DNA from: Actinomycetota bacterium
Lineage (GTDB): Bacteria > Actinomycetota > Actinomycetes > S36-B12
DNA length: 42,339 nt
Assembly: GCA_947499275.1 (NCBI GenBank)
Contig: CANMNM010000001.1
Span: 1 to 42,339, forward strand
Direction of reading: 5' to 3'
The translations under genes were made by a program, and so were the position numbers. The first letter of the stretch is position 1. Every line of letters begins with the position of its first letter. Positions 1 through 8,157 of this stretch are shown here, piece by piece. The notes under the pieces are model-generated. The model was given only the letters and a program-made list of their open reading frames with translations. It was not told the origin of the DNA and did not search any database.

Positions 1-387
1 TTTCAATGTTTTAGCTACAAGCCCACCGATCACTGAACCAGTTGCGACCAGCGCGACTTCAGGTCCGAGCACCGCTCCGCCCCACAGCGAAGCCAGAATC
101 GCCAGGATCGCGGCCAGGTATTCCTTTGGGGTGAGGGGGCTGACCTTGATCCCACCCAAGGGTGAATGGCCCGTATCACCAATGAATCGTCGAATAACGT
201 AAACAAGCACCGCCGCAATCAGCAATACCCCGATCACATACCAAGCAGGAGTTCGCTCCCATGTTTGCGGGATGGTTTCCCAGACCAACGAAATACCGGC
301 ATTAACCATTTCGAGAACGAAGTAACCGAGAACGAGACTAATAACGGCAGCTATGAGCATCGCCGGTAGTGGGCGTTTGGTGTGCAC
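1..387 (-). CDS. ClC-type chloride channel family protein, N-terminal part only (gene runs off the left edge)
   Basis: A minus-strand frame stays open to position 1 and is not in the ORF track. Its translation, MLIAAVISLVLGYFVLEMV...ILASLWGGAVLGPEVALVATGSVIGG, is polytopic and carries a G-x-x-LGPE-x-x-L-V motif like the ClC selectivity-filter segment. The start is either ATG at 360 or the in-frame GTG at 387. Confidence 0.5.
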   Translation of the reverse strand, partial: MHTKRPLPAMLIAAVISLVLGYFVLEMVNAGISLVWETIPQTWERTPAWYVIGVLLIAAVLVYVIRRFIGDTGHSPLGGIKVSPLTPKEYLAAILAILASLWGGAVLGPEVALVATGSVIGGLVAKTLK

Positions 388-434
388 AGCAGTACCCTAT
401 GGCTTAAGGCACCATCAACAACGAAAGGCAACAA

Positions 435-875
435 ATGCGTAAGACATTTACCATGTCAACAGCACTCCTCATTGCCGGGCTATCCCTTGCCGGGTGCTCG
501 AGTAGCGATTCCGAAACCAGCGCCTCCGAATCTCCCATGGTTGGCGGTATGACCGAATGCACCAAGGAGGCCGTACAACCATTCGTTGACGAAGCCGCAC
601 TGACCCTTGTCACCGATGGGTCAACCGACACCATGATGCCCATTGATGACCTTCAGTGCGCTGATGGTTGGGCAGTAGCGAATGGCACTCTCGGGCCAAA
701 GGATGCACCCGCCGATGGACCTCAAGGTGCTCCGACCAAGTTTATTTTCCAAGCCGAGGGTCAATTCTGGATCCTCAAGAATCAAGAGCAGGTATGTGGC
801 ACCGGTGGCGAAAACTACTCCGCTGATGCGCAGGTCCCCGAGGCCATTTACGCGGATGCGTGCGTTTTTGGCTGA
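435..875 (+). CDS. secreted lipoprotein of unknown function (4 Cys in the mature part)
   Basis: The signal peptide ends in the lipobox LSLAGC. The mature protein has four Cys and no recognisable family. A hairpin terminator follows at 901-940. Confidence 0.7.
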   Translation: MRKTFTMSTALLIAGLSLAGCSSSDSETSASESPMVGGMTECTKEAVQPFVDEAALTLVTDGSTDTMMPIDDLQCADGWAVANGTLGPKDAPADGPQGAPTKFIFQAEGQFWILKNQEQVCGTGGENYSADAQVPEAIYADACVFG

Positions 876-900
876 TCCAAAAACTAAGTCGGGCATAAAA

Positions 901-940
901 GAAACCCGGTTACCTCAGTGAAGAGGTAACCGGGTTTCGG
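901..940. terminator. bidirectional intrinsic terminator (15-bp stem, 6-nt loop), copy 1 of 2 identical copies
   Basis: The sequence gaaacccggttacctc-agtgaa-gaggtaaccgggtttcgg sits between convergent genes. It is A-rich on the left and T-rich on the right. An identical 40-mer occurs at 23955-23994. Confidence 0.8.
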
Positions 941-969
941 CATTACTGAGAAAGCAATAAACACTTAAC

Positions 970-1575
970 TTACGGCATTGTCAGTGCAGGAATATCGACA
1001 TCTGCTGGGACGAGCACAACGTTAATTACGTGGATAACACCGTTACCAGCAATGACATCTTCAAATAGAACGTCGAATCCGTTGACAGTGACACCGTTTG
1101 ATGTTGAGAAAAGTACGTTCTGTCCTTCAACGGTTTCGATTACGACGTCACCGTCTGCAATGTCAGCAGCCAGAACCGTGCCTGGAACAACGTGGTAGGT
1201 CAGAATTTTGACGAGAGCATCTTTGTTCTCTGGGAGCAACAGTGCGTCAAGAACGCCTGCTGGGAGCTCTGCGAAAGCCGCATTTGTTGGTGCGAACACG
1301 GTAAAGGGGCCTTCACCATTCAGTGTTTCGACCAAGCCAGCCGCATTAATTGCAGCTACCAAAGTGCTGAAATTGGCTGGGTCTTTTGAAGCAAGGTCCA
1401 CGATTGTCTCGGAGAAGATTGCCCCTGTTTCATCAGCATCTTCAATAGAACCCTTTGAGAGTGCAGCACTTGACTCAGCTGTTGTTGCTTGATCAGATGA
1501 ACTGCTGCATGCTGACAAAGTCAGTGCAGCTGCAACCGAAACCACCGCAATTGCGGTGCGACGCATTACTCGCAT
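970..1575 (-). CDS. fasciclin (FAS1) domain lipoprotein, paralog A
   Basis: The N-terminus [23 protein letters not shown] has a lipobox. The FAS1 motifs [15 protein letters not shown] and NGVIHVINVVLVP are present. The start was chosen by alignment with paralog B (24038-24634); the tracked ORF extends to 1632. Confidence 0.85.
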   Translation of the reverse strand: MRVMRRTAIAVVSVAAALTLSACSSSSDQATTAESSAALSKGSIEDADETGAIFSETIVDLASKDPANFSTLVAAINAAGLVETLNGEGPFTVFAPTNAAFAELPAGVLDALLLPENKDALVKILTYHVVPGTVLAADIADGDVVIETVEGQNVLFSTSNGVTVNGFDVLFEDVIAGNGVIHVINVVLVPADVDIPALTMP

Positions 1576-1689
1576 TTTTTTCTCCTTGATACGCCGGATT
1601 TTCCTGAATTTTCGTAGTGGTAACAATTGCAATTACGCCAAACCCTAACATCGTCCATCGTCAATAACCGATAGTTTATCTAAATCCCA

Positions 1690-1841
1690 TAGGTGCTTCC
1701 AACTCGTTTATCTTCCAAGCGGAGGGTCAGTTCTCGATACCGAAAAGCCCTGAGCAGGTGTGCGGTACCGGTGACGCCAACTACTCCACTGACGCGCAGG
1801 TCCCCGATGCCCTTTACGCGGATGCGTGCGTTTTTGCCTGA
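1690..1841 (+). pseudogene. 3-prime remnant of a paralog of the 435-875 lipoprotein gene
   Basis: The in-frame translation GASNSFIFQAEGQFSIPKSPEQVCGTGDANYSTDAQVPDALYADACVFA* matches the last ~50 aa of the 435-875 product. A stop codon lies just upstream and there is no start. Similarity continues ~20 nt past the stop, then ends. Confidence 0.75.
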
Positions 1842-1904
1842 TACAAAACCTGAGCCAGACCTACAGGTTGCCACCGGATCCGTCCAGCATCCAGACTCGA
1901 GAAA

Positions 1905-2399
1905 CTAAGCCAACTGAGAAGATTTTCCCTGTAAATTGATGACCATCGGTTGATGCAGGATTCCCGCATACGTTTCTACTGGACCTTCCGGGTGCCACCC
2001 CAAATACTCGAAGAATCGAACATTGGGCAGTTGAATGTGCGCGTGCATGACCAACCCACCATTAGCCGACGCTTGAGCGACCGCCTCTTGCACAAGTTCA
2101 AAACCAAGGCGAGAGCTTCGGTGCGCCTTAAGAACCGCAAGCCGATCCCCCTGCCATTGCTCGTATCCAGCGTCAAGGGGATACAAGCGGACCGCTCCCA
2201 CGGTCAGCCCATTTATGACACCAACGAGGTGGGTCGTGCTCAGTTCACTATCTCGACTGTCCTCGTCCGTGTCTGTAAAGATTCCCTGCTCAACAACGAA
2301 TACGTCGCGTCGTACGTCAAAATGCTCACGTCGGCGCTGGCGATTATCAACAGTCACAATTCTGGTGATGTCTCCCTGGCTTCCGCTGGGGTTGGTCAA
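1905..2399 (-). CDS. GNAT N-acetyltransferase, MSMEG_0567/Sll0786-like
   Basis: The core reads VFVVEQG...AVRLYP...LAVLKAHRSSRLG...F. The TTG start overlaps the stop of the upstream radical SAM gene (TTGA). Its position next to the radical SAM gene matches Nit1C clusters. Confidence 0.7.
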   Translation of the reverse strand: MTNPSGSQGDITRIVTVDNRQRRREHFDVRRDVFVVEQGIFTDTDEDSRDSELSTTHLVGVINGLTVGAVRLYPLDAGYEQWQGDRLAVLKAHRSSRLGFELVQEAVAQASANGGLVMHAHIQLPNVRFFEYLGWHPEGPVETYAGILHQPMVINLQGKSSQLA

Positions 2400-3655
2400 G
2401 AATTACCCTTCAGAAAGGATTGCCGATCAGTGATTTGCAAGGGAGTGATTGAATTTTTACGCGGTTCAAGTGAGGCAAGCCCCGAGCATGCTTGGCAGCG
2501 GGCACATCCCGCTTTTGCGGTGGTGGCGTCCATCCCACGCATGGACATGTAGGCCTGCACTCGGCGATAGATGGGTTCAACGTATTCGCGTGATGGAGAA
2601 GGCCAATTTTCCATCAGCGATCCGGCGACCGGCTTAAGCGGCACCATAAACGGATAGACGCCTAGGTCAATAGCTCGCTTCGCGCCAGCTATCGTGATTT
2701 CTGGGTCTTCACCCATTCCAAGAATGACGTAGGTCGATACCTGACCTTCACCAAAGACAGCAACCGCACGTTCCCACGCAGCAAAGTACGACTCGATTCC
2801 GCTAGCAGCCTTTGCCGGGGCAACCCGTGCCAAAACCTGGGGATCAAAAGTCTCAACATGTATACCCACGGAATCGATCCCCATGTCGCCAACTTCATTG
2901 ATCACATCGAGCTTTAATGGGGGCTCAAATTGAACTTCGACGGGTAGCCCACTGGCCTCTTTGACGGCCTGTCCACATTTTGCGACATAGCGAGCTCCAC
3001 GATCTACCCCTCGCGAACTTCCCGTTGTCAACGTTGCATCAACAGCGCCATCAAGTTCCTTGGCAGCCACGGCAACTTCAGCGAGCATCTCCGGCGTCTT
3101 TTTGACGATTGTCCGCCCAGATTCAAGTGAGACGCCGATTCCACAAAAAGTGCATTGGTCAGCGTTACCCCAGTAGGCACATGTTTGGACGACAGTGCTC
3201 GCAAGCGAATCCAAATGCAGGAGCGCGATTTTCTCGTACGAGATCCCGTCTGCGGTTGTGAGATCGTAGAATCGCGGCCTGCGCTCCGCGCGTGCCGACG
3301 CTACGCGAAGCATTCCACGGTAAATTCCATAGCCGTCGTCTTCAGCTTTGAGCAAATAAGGGGAATCCTGCGATGTCGAATTCCCGGTTGGAGCCGTCAC
3401 CGGATAGCCTTCGATCCAGAGCATTCCCGAGTCTGTCGGGCCGGCGCCACCTGTTCGACGCTCCATCTCTGCCTCGACCCTTAAACCACGGGCCTGCACG
3501 TCCATGATCAGGCTACTGATATCCCATGATCCGAGTTGGCCTGAAATAACTCGGCCATCGGCCTCGGCGGATTCATAAACCTGCGCGTAATCCATAGTGT
3601 CGAGCACTAACTCTCCCCTCGTCTGTGGTGCACGTGTGATTCCAGCCAATATCAT
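2396..3655 (-). CDS. radical SAM protein, MSMEG_0568-like
   Basis: A Cys triad CAYWGNADQCTFCG is followed by TIM-barrel-like strands (TTGSS, GIHVETFDP, ILGMGE). A C-terminal CARCQAC motif is present. The gene is coupled to the GNAT gene. Confidence 0.7.
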   Translation of the reverse strand: MILAGITRAPQTRGELVLDTMDYAQVYESAEADGRVISGQLGSWDISSLIMDVQARGLRVEAEMERRTGGAGPTDSGMLWIEGYPVTAPTGNSTSQDSPYLLKAEDDGYGIYRGMLRVASARAERRPRFYDLTTADGISYEKIALLHLDSLASTVVQTCAYWGNADQCTFCGIGVSLESGRTIVKKTPEMLAEVAVAAKELDGAVDATLTTGSSRGVDRGARYVAKCGQAVKEASGLPVEVQFEPPLKLDVINEVGDMGIDSVGIHVETFDPQVLARVAPAKAASGIESYFAAWERAVAVFGEGQVSTYVILGMGEDPEITIAGAKRAIDLGVYPFMVPLKPVAGSLMENWPSPSREYVEPIYRRVQAYMSMRGMDATTAKAGCARCQACSGLASLEPRKNSITPLQITDRQSFLKGNS

Positions 3656-3713
3656 AGGAGAAATTTCGTGTCCGAAAGTAGAAATCCAAACAATTGTTTA
3701 TCCGGTGCGACGA

Positions 3714-4367
3714 TTAATCCATATCTGTGCGGATCGCCTCAGCCTCGTCTAGCCATTCCTGGCGATTGCTCATTTCCAAGACCAGTGAAGCCTGAGATTC
3801 GCTTCTCGGGTAAACCTCAATCCGGAAAATAGGAGACCCTGTGGCCGGGTCCACATCGACCGAGCGCACTAATCGGGTCTCAGAGCTCAGATGAAGGTCA
3901 ACCCACTGATGCGACATGGCGTATCCGAGGGTTCCACCGTCCGGGGTTTGGATGGGCGCCCATTTCTCGCCGGCTGCCCTAGCGCGGTCAGTGATCACCT
4001 CTGCCTCGTGATCAACGCCCTGGGCAAGCAAGACGCGGTAACGCTGGGCCAGCGCCGCATCCACTATGAGTTGGTCATCAAGATTGGTCAAGACAATTCC
4101 CTGGCTACTTGCCAAACCATGGAGCCGGGCAATTGCCGGTGTGCGGATACTCACTAGGTCATCGACGCTTTGGGCTCGCTCAGAAAGGAAATCTCCGAGC
4201 AGTCCAACGAGACGGACCGAGCGCTGATAGATGTCTGGGTCAACTTGAGCGAGTGGGTAAAGATTTCGTTCCGCTTCAGTGAATCGGATGACCAGGGCCG
4301 CCAGTGCGTCGCCATTCTCCACGCCCGCGCGGGGCACTTCATTCATTTCCATCGCCTCATTTTCCAT
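3714..4367 (-). CDS. hypothetical protein (no recognisable family)
   Basis: A 217-aa ORF heads the rSAM-GNAT transcription unit. It is divergent from the carbamate kinase gene. I recognise no motifs. Confidence 0.5.
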   Translation of the reverse strand: MENEAMEMNEVPRAGVENGDALAALVIRFTEAERNLYPLAQVDPDIYQRSVRLVGLLGDFLSERAQSVDDLVSIRTPAIARLHGLASSQGIVLTNLDDQLIVDAALAQRYRVLLAQGVDHEAEVITDRARAAGEKWAPIQTPDGGTLGYAMSHQWVDLHLSSETRLVRSVDVDPATGSPIFRIEVYPRSESQASLVLEMSNRQEWLDEAEAIRTDMD

Positions 4368-4378
4368 GCGAACACCAC

Positions 4379-4411
4379 ATTTACTATAGTATGATATTTA
4401 CTATAGTATGA
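4379..4411. promoter_or_regulatory. tandem operator-like repeat: two copies of atttactatagtatga, each containing the perfect palindrome TACTATAGTA
   Basis: The copies lie at 4379-4394 and 4396-4411 with a 17-nt period. They sit in the 63-nt divergent intergenic region between 3714-4367 (-) and 4431-5447 (+). Confidence 0.55.
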
Positions 4412-4430
4412 CGCCTCTGTCGGATAAAGA

Positions 4431-5447
4431 ATGGAAAGGAAATCTACATTGATGCTTTCCACACCGGCACCTTTGGCCGTCGTTGCCTTGGGAGGAAATG
4501 CGATCACTCGTGAGGGGCAGGACGGGACATACCCCGAAATGCTAGCCAACTGCCAAGAAATGGCCGCGTCCGTGTGCGCACTGCGCGAAGCCGGTTGGCG
4601 AGTAGTGATCACACATGGAAATGGTCCACAGGTAGGAAACCTGGCCATCCAGCAGCATGCCGGATCCGCTGAAGTACCTGCACAGCCGTTATTTGCCCTG
4701 GGAGCAATGACCCAAGGGTTAATTGGGCACCTGATCCAAATGGCGCTGCTCAGTGTCCACAATCAACAACTCGGACCGGTCGTTGGAGTAGTTACTCATG
4801 TGATTGTTGACCGCCAGGACGAAGCATTCGATCGGCCTTCGAAACCAATAGGTCCTTTTTATTCACTTCAGGAGGCCCAAGCGCGTTCAGACCTCACCGG
4901 GCATCCGATTATTGAAGATTCTGGGCGCGGGTACCGCATCATCGTTCCATCACCACGCCCTCAAAGAGTTGTGGAAGGGGACGCAATATCCCGACTCTCA
5001 CAAGATGGGTATCTCGTCGTCGCGGGTGGTGGCGGTGGGATCCCTGTCGTGGAAATTGATGGGACACTCGAGGGCATCGAGGCTGTTGTCGACAAAGATC
5101 GAAGTGCCGCACTACTCGCTACTTATCTGGAAGCCGACGCTCTCCTTCTCGTCACCGGTGTCGAATGCGTCCTCGCTGACTTCGGGAAACCTACCCAAAG
5201 GGAAATTCATTTGGCCGATGCGGCACAAATGCGGGAGTACTCGAGGCAGGGGCAATTTCCTGCAGGCAGCATGGGGCCCAAGGTCGAGGCTGCTCTCGAC
5301 TTTGTTGACGCTACTGCTGGATTCGCCGTTATCACCGACGCCTCGTCGATGGCTTCAGCTTTAGGAGCATTAGGAACAGGCGTAACCCCTGGGACACGGA
5401 TCGTTCGAGAGATCCTCGAGTTACCAAAGCAAGGAGCCCTTCAGTGA
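4431..5447 (+). CDS. arcC: carbamate kinase
   Basis: The motifs VVALGGNAI and VITHGNGPQVG and a C-terminal AAK fold are present, and the length is typical. The stop overlaps the fdrA start (GTGA). Confidence 0.88.
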   Translation: MERKSTLMLSTPAPLAVVALGGNAITREGQDGTYPEMLANCQEMAASVCALREAGWRVVITHGNGPQVGNLAIQQHAGSAEVPAQPLFALGAMTQGLIGHLIQMALLSVHNQQLGPVVGVVTHVIVDRQDEAFDRPSKPIGPFYSLQEAQARSDLTGHPIIEDSGRGYRIIVPSPRPQRVVEGDAISRLSQDGYLVVAGGGGGIPVVEIDGTLEGIEAVVDKDRSAALLATYLEADALLLVTGVECVLADFGKPTQREIHLADAAQMREYSRQGQFPAGSMGPKVEAALDFVDATAGFAVITDASSMASALGALGTGVTPGTRIVREILELPKQGALQ

Positions 5448-6985
5448 CTCTCATATTTACTATCAACATGTACCCAGACACTTATCTTGATTCGGTACTT
5501 CAGATGTCGGGAACGCGAGAGATGGAGCAGTCTGAAGGAGTTCAGTGGGCTTCGGCGGCGATGAGCACGGTCGCGAATATCGAGACTCTTATTTCCCGAG
5601 GATTCCCCAGCGGCGAACTCGAGGGGGCTGGCCCCGGTGACCTTTTCATTGCCGTTGAATCCCTTGATTCCAGCAGTGGGGAACGAGCCATCGAAAACGC
5701 CCACCGGGTGATGTTTGCCGCCCGCAATGAAGCTAATCCAATGGCCGAGGCGATCCCTACTTCCCTAGATGAAGCTCTCACTCGTCAACCAAACTCAAAT
5801 ATCGCCATCATTTCGGTGCCAGGGGAATATGCAGCTCTCGAGGCACACAAGGCTCTGGCCAAGGGCCTCGATGTTCTTCTTTTCAGCGATGGGGTCACCC
5901 TCGAAGATGAGATCGCCCTCAAGGACCATGCCGCCGCTCGAAACCTTCTCGTAATGGGACCGGGAGCCGGGACTGCTGCCCTTGCCGGGATCGGACTGGG
6001 CTTTGCAAACGTTGTGCGCCCAGGACCTGTGGGCGTGGTCGCCGCAGCGGGTACCGGAGCCCAGGAAGTGATGGCTCTACTCCACCGCTGGGGTGTCGGT
6101 GTATCTCACGTGATCGGGCTTGGCGGTCGCGACCTCAGTGACAAAATCGACGGGCGCATGGCCCGACTTGCCATTCGTGCCTTGCGAAACGACTCGCAGA
6201 CGAAGGTTATTCTTTTCGTGTCTAAACCTCCTAGTGAACGCGTTGCCAAAGAGGTCATGGCTCTGGCTGACGGCTCACCTATGGTGGCAGCTTTCATGGG
6301 TATAGATATGACCACTGCGACCCCGCCGGGTGTAACACTCGCCAACACTCTCGAGTCTGGCGTACTGCGCACCTTGGAGGTTCTCGGTGAAAAGCTTCCT
6401 GACACCTCGGCCATTGCAGGTCCAGATATCCCTTCAGCCTTGGCCAAGATTTCGGCTGATCGCACCCTAATCCGGGGCCTCTACTCCGGTGGAACCCTGT
6501 GCTACGAGGCTCTGGTTATTCTTGCCGAAACCTTTTCGTCACCGGTGTATTCCAACACACCTATTAATAAGAAACTCGGAATGCCAGCCCCTGCTGACGC
6601 CAGCATCCTGCTCGATCTCGGTGAGGAGGAGTACACGCGGGGACGACCACATCCGATGATTGACCTGGAAGCACGCATATCTTTTCTAGAAGAAGCAGGT
6701 GCGGACCCTCAGGTTGCCGTAATTCTCATGGACCTAGTCCTGGGGCATGGAGCTCACCCTGATCCAGCGGCCGTGTTCGCTCCGATCTGTCAGAAGATCA
6801 TGGAAGCCGGCGGGCCCCAAATCGTCGTATACGTATTGGGAACCGATTTAGACCCCCAGCATTACACGTCGCAAGTGGCTGCCCTTGCCAATGCTGGATG
6901 CCTGGTTCCTGCAACAAACGCCCGCGCCGCCATCCTCGCAGCGCACTTAGCAGACCGTAATTTGTCTCATGAAACACTGGCGTAG
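5444..6985 (+). CDS. fdrA: FdrA family protein (succinyl-CoA-synthetase-like fold)
   Basis: The protein is collinear with E. coli FdrA. Shared motifs include YPDTYLDSV, ISVPGEYAALEA, LLFSDGVTLEDEI, LLVMGPGAGT, GLGGRDLS, FVSKPP and GRPHPMID. Confidence 0.85.
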   Translation: MTLIFTINMYPDTYLDSVLQMSGTREMEQSEGVQWASAAMSTVANIETLISRGFPSGELEGAGPGDLFIAVESLDSSSGERAIENAHRVMFAARNEANPMAEAIPTSLDEALTRQPNSNIAIISVPGEYAALEAHKALAKGLDVLLFSDGVTLEDEIALKDHAAARNLLVMGPGAGTAALAGIGLGFANVVRPGPVGVVAAAGTGAQEVMALLHRWGVGVSHVIGLGGRDLSDKIDGRMARLAIRALRNDSQTKVILFVSKPPSERVAKEVMALADGSPMVAAFMGIDMTTATPPGVTLANTLESGVLRTLEVLGEKLPDTSAIAGPDIPSALAKISADRTLIRGLYSGGTLCYEALVILAETFSSPVYSNTPINKKLGMPAPADASILLDLGEEEYTRGRPHPMIDLEARISFLEEAGADPQVAVILMDLVLGHGAHPDPAAVFAPICQKIMEAGGPQIVVYVLGTDLDPQHYTSQVAALANAGCLVPATNARAAILAAHLADRNLSHETLA

Positions 6986-8157
6986 TGACTTTAGACGGAC
7001 GGTTAGCACTTCTTACTTATTCCACGAAACCGCGTGGTGGTGTTGTCCACTCCCTTGAATTGGCAGAGGCCTTGAACCGCCAAGGGGTAGATGTTCATCT
7101 GTTTGCCTTGGGTTCACCCGGAACTTCTTTTTTTCGACCGACCTCCGTGCCGTTCACCCTTTTTCCGGCAGTGGATCAAGCGCAGAGCCTGGATGAAAAA
7201 GTTTTCGCATCGGTTGCTTCGATGGCCGAAGGTCTAGCCGGACTCCGTGACTCGTTTGATCTCATCCATGCACAGGACTGCATTTCGGGCCGGGCTGCCG
7301 TGGCGGTGTCCAGATCCGGACCAATCATCCCCGTTATTCGCACTGTCCACCATGTCGATGACTTCACCACTCAGGCGCTTATCGATTGTCAGCGACAAGC
7401 GATCGTAGAACCGGATCGGATCCTCGTGGTCAGTCGTACTTGGCAGAGCACCCTTCAGGAGGATTACGGGGTCCACGCTGACATTGTCCCTAATGGCGTG
7501 CGACCCGAACGGTTCCCGCAGATCTCAGATGCGGAAAAGATGGCCCTACGGGCATCAGTAGGAATCACAGACGGAAGCATGATTCTTGCTGTAGGCGGAG
7601 TCGAGCCACGCAAGGGCAGTCGCGAACTCTTTCAAGCAATGGGGATACTTAAAAGTCGCGGCCACCGGGTTCACTTGGTCATACTCGGGGGCCACTCCTT
7701 CCAAGACTACGAGGAGTACCGACAGGAAGCTCTGAGTCTGTTGCCTGAGCTAGGTTTGGAACTCGGTCGTGATGTGATCACCGTGGGCACGGTTGACGAG
7801 CAAGCCCTAGGCCAATGGTTCCGTGCTGCAGATGTCCTTGCTTATCCATCCACAAAAGAAGGGTTTGGCCTCGTTGCTCTCGAGGGCCTCGCCGCAGACC
7901 TTCCGGTAGTGGCAAGCAGCATCCCGGTTTTCAAAGAATTTCTTACCGATGGGGTAAGTGCGTTGCTCCCCGAAACGGGCAATCCAGAGGCAATTTCTGG
8001 TGCGATCGAATCCATTCTATTGAGTAGCGATCTGAGGTCACGACTTATTGCGGGTGGCCAATCTGTCCTCGCTGGTTACACGTGGGAAGCATCGGCAACC
8101 CGACACTGTGACATCTATCGTGAGGTACTGGAGAAATTTGGTCGAGCACCTAACTAG
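6985..8157 (+). CDS. GT4-family glycosyltransferase, MSMEG_0565-like
   Basis: The N-terminus reads LALLTYSTKPRGGVVHSLELAEAL. The C-terminal GT-B motif is YPSTKEGFGLVALEGLAADLPVVAS. The GTG start overlaps the fdrA stop by 1 nt. Confidence 0.75.
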   Translation: MTLDGRLALLTYSTKPRGGVVHSLELAEALNRQGVDVHLFALGSPGTSFFRPTSVPFTLFPAVDQAQSLDEKVFASVASMAEGLAGLRDSFDLIHAQDCISGRAAVAVSRSGPIIPVIRTVHHVDDFTTQALIDCQRQAIVEPDRILVVSRTWQSTLQEDYGVHADIVPNGVRPERFPQISDAEKMALRASVGITDGSMILAVGGVEPRKGSRELFQAMGILKSRGHRVHLVILGGHSFQDYEEYRQEALSLLPELGLELGRDVITVGTVDEQALGQWFRAADVLAYPSTKEGFGLVALEGLAADLPVVASSIPVFKEFLTDGVSALLPETGNPEAISGAIESILLSSDLRSRLIAGGQSVLAGYTWEASATRHCDIYREVLEKFGRAPN

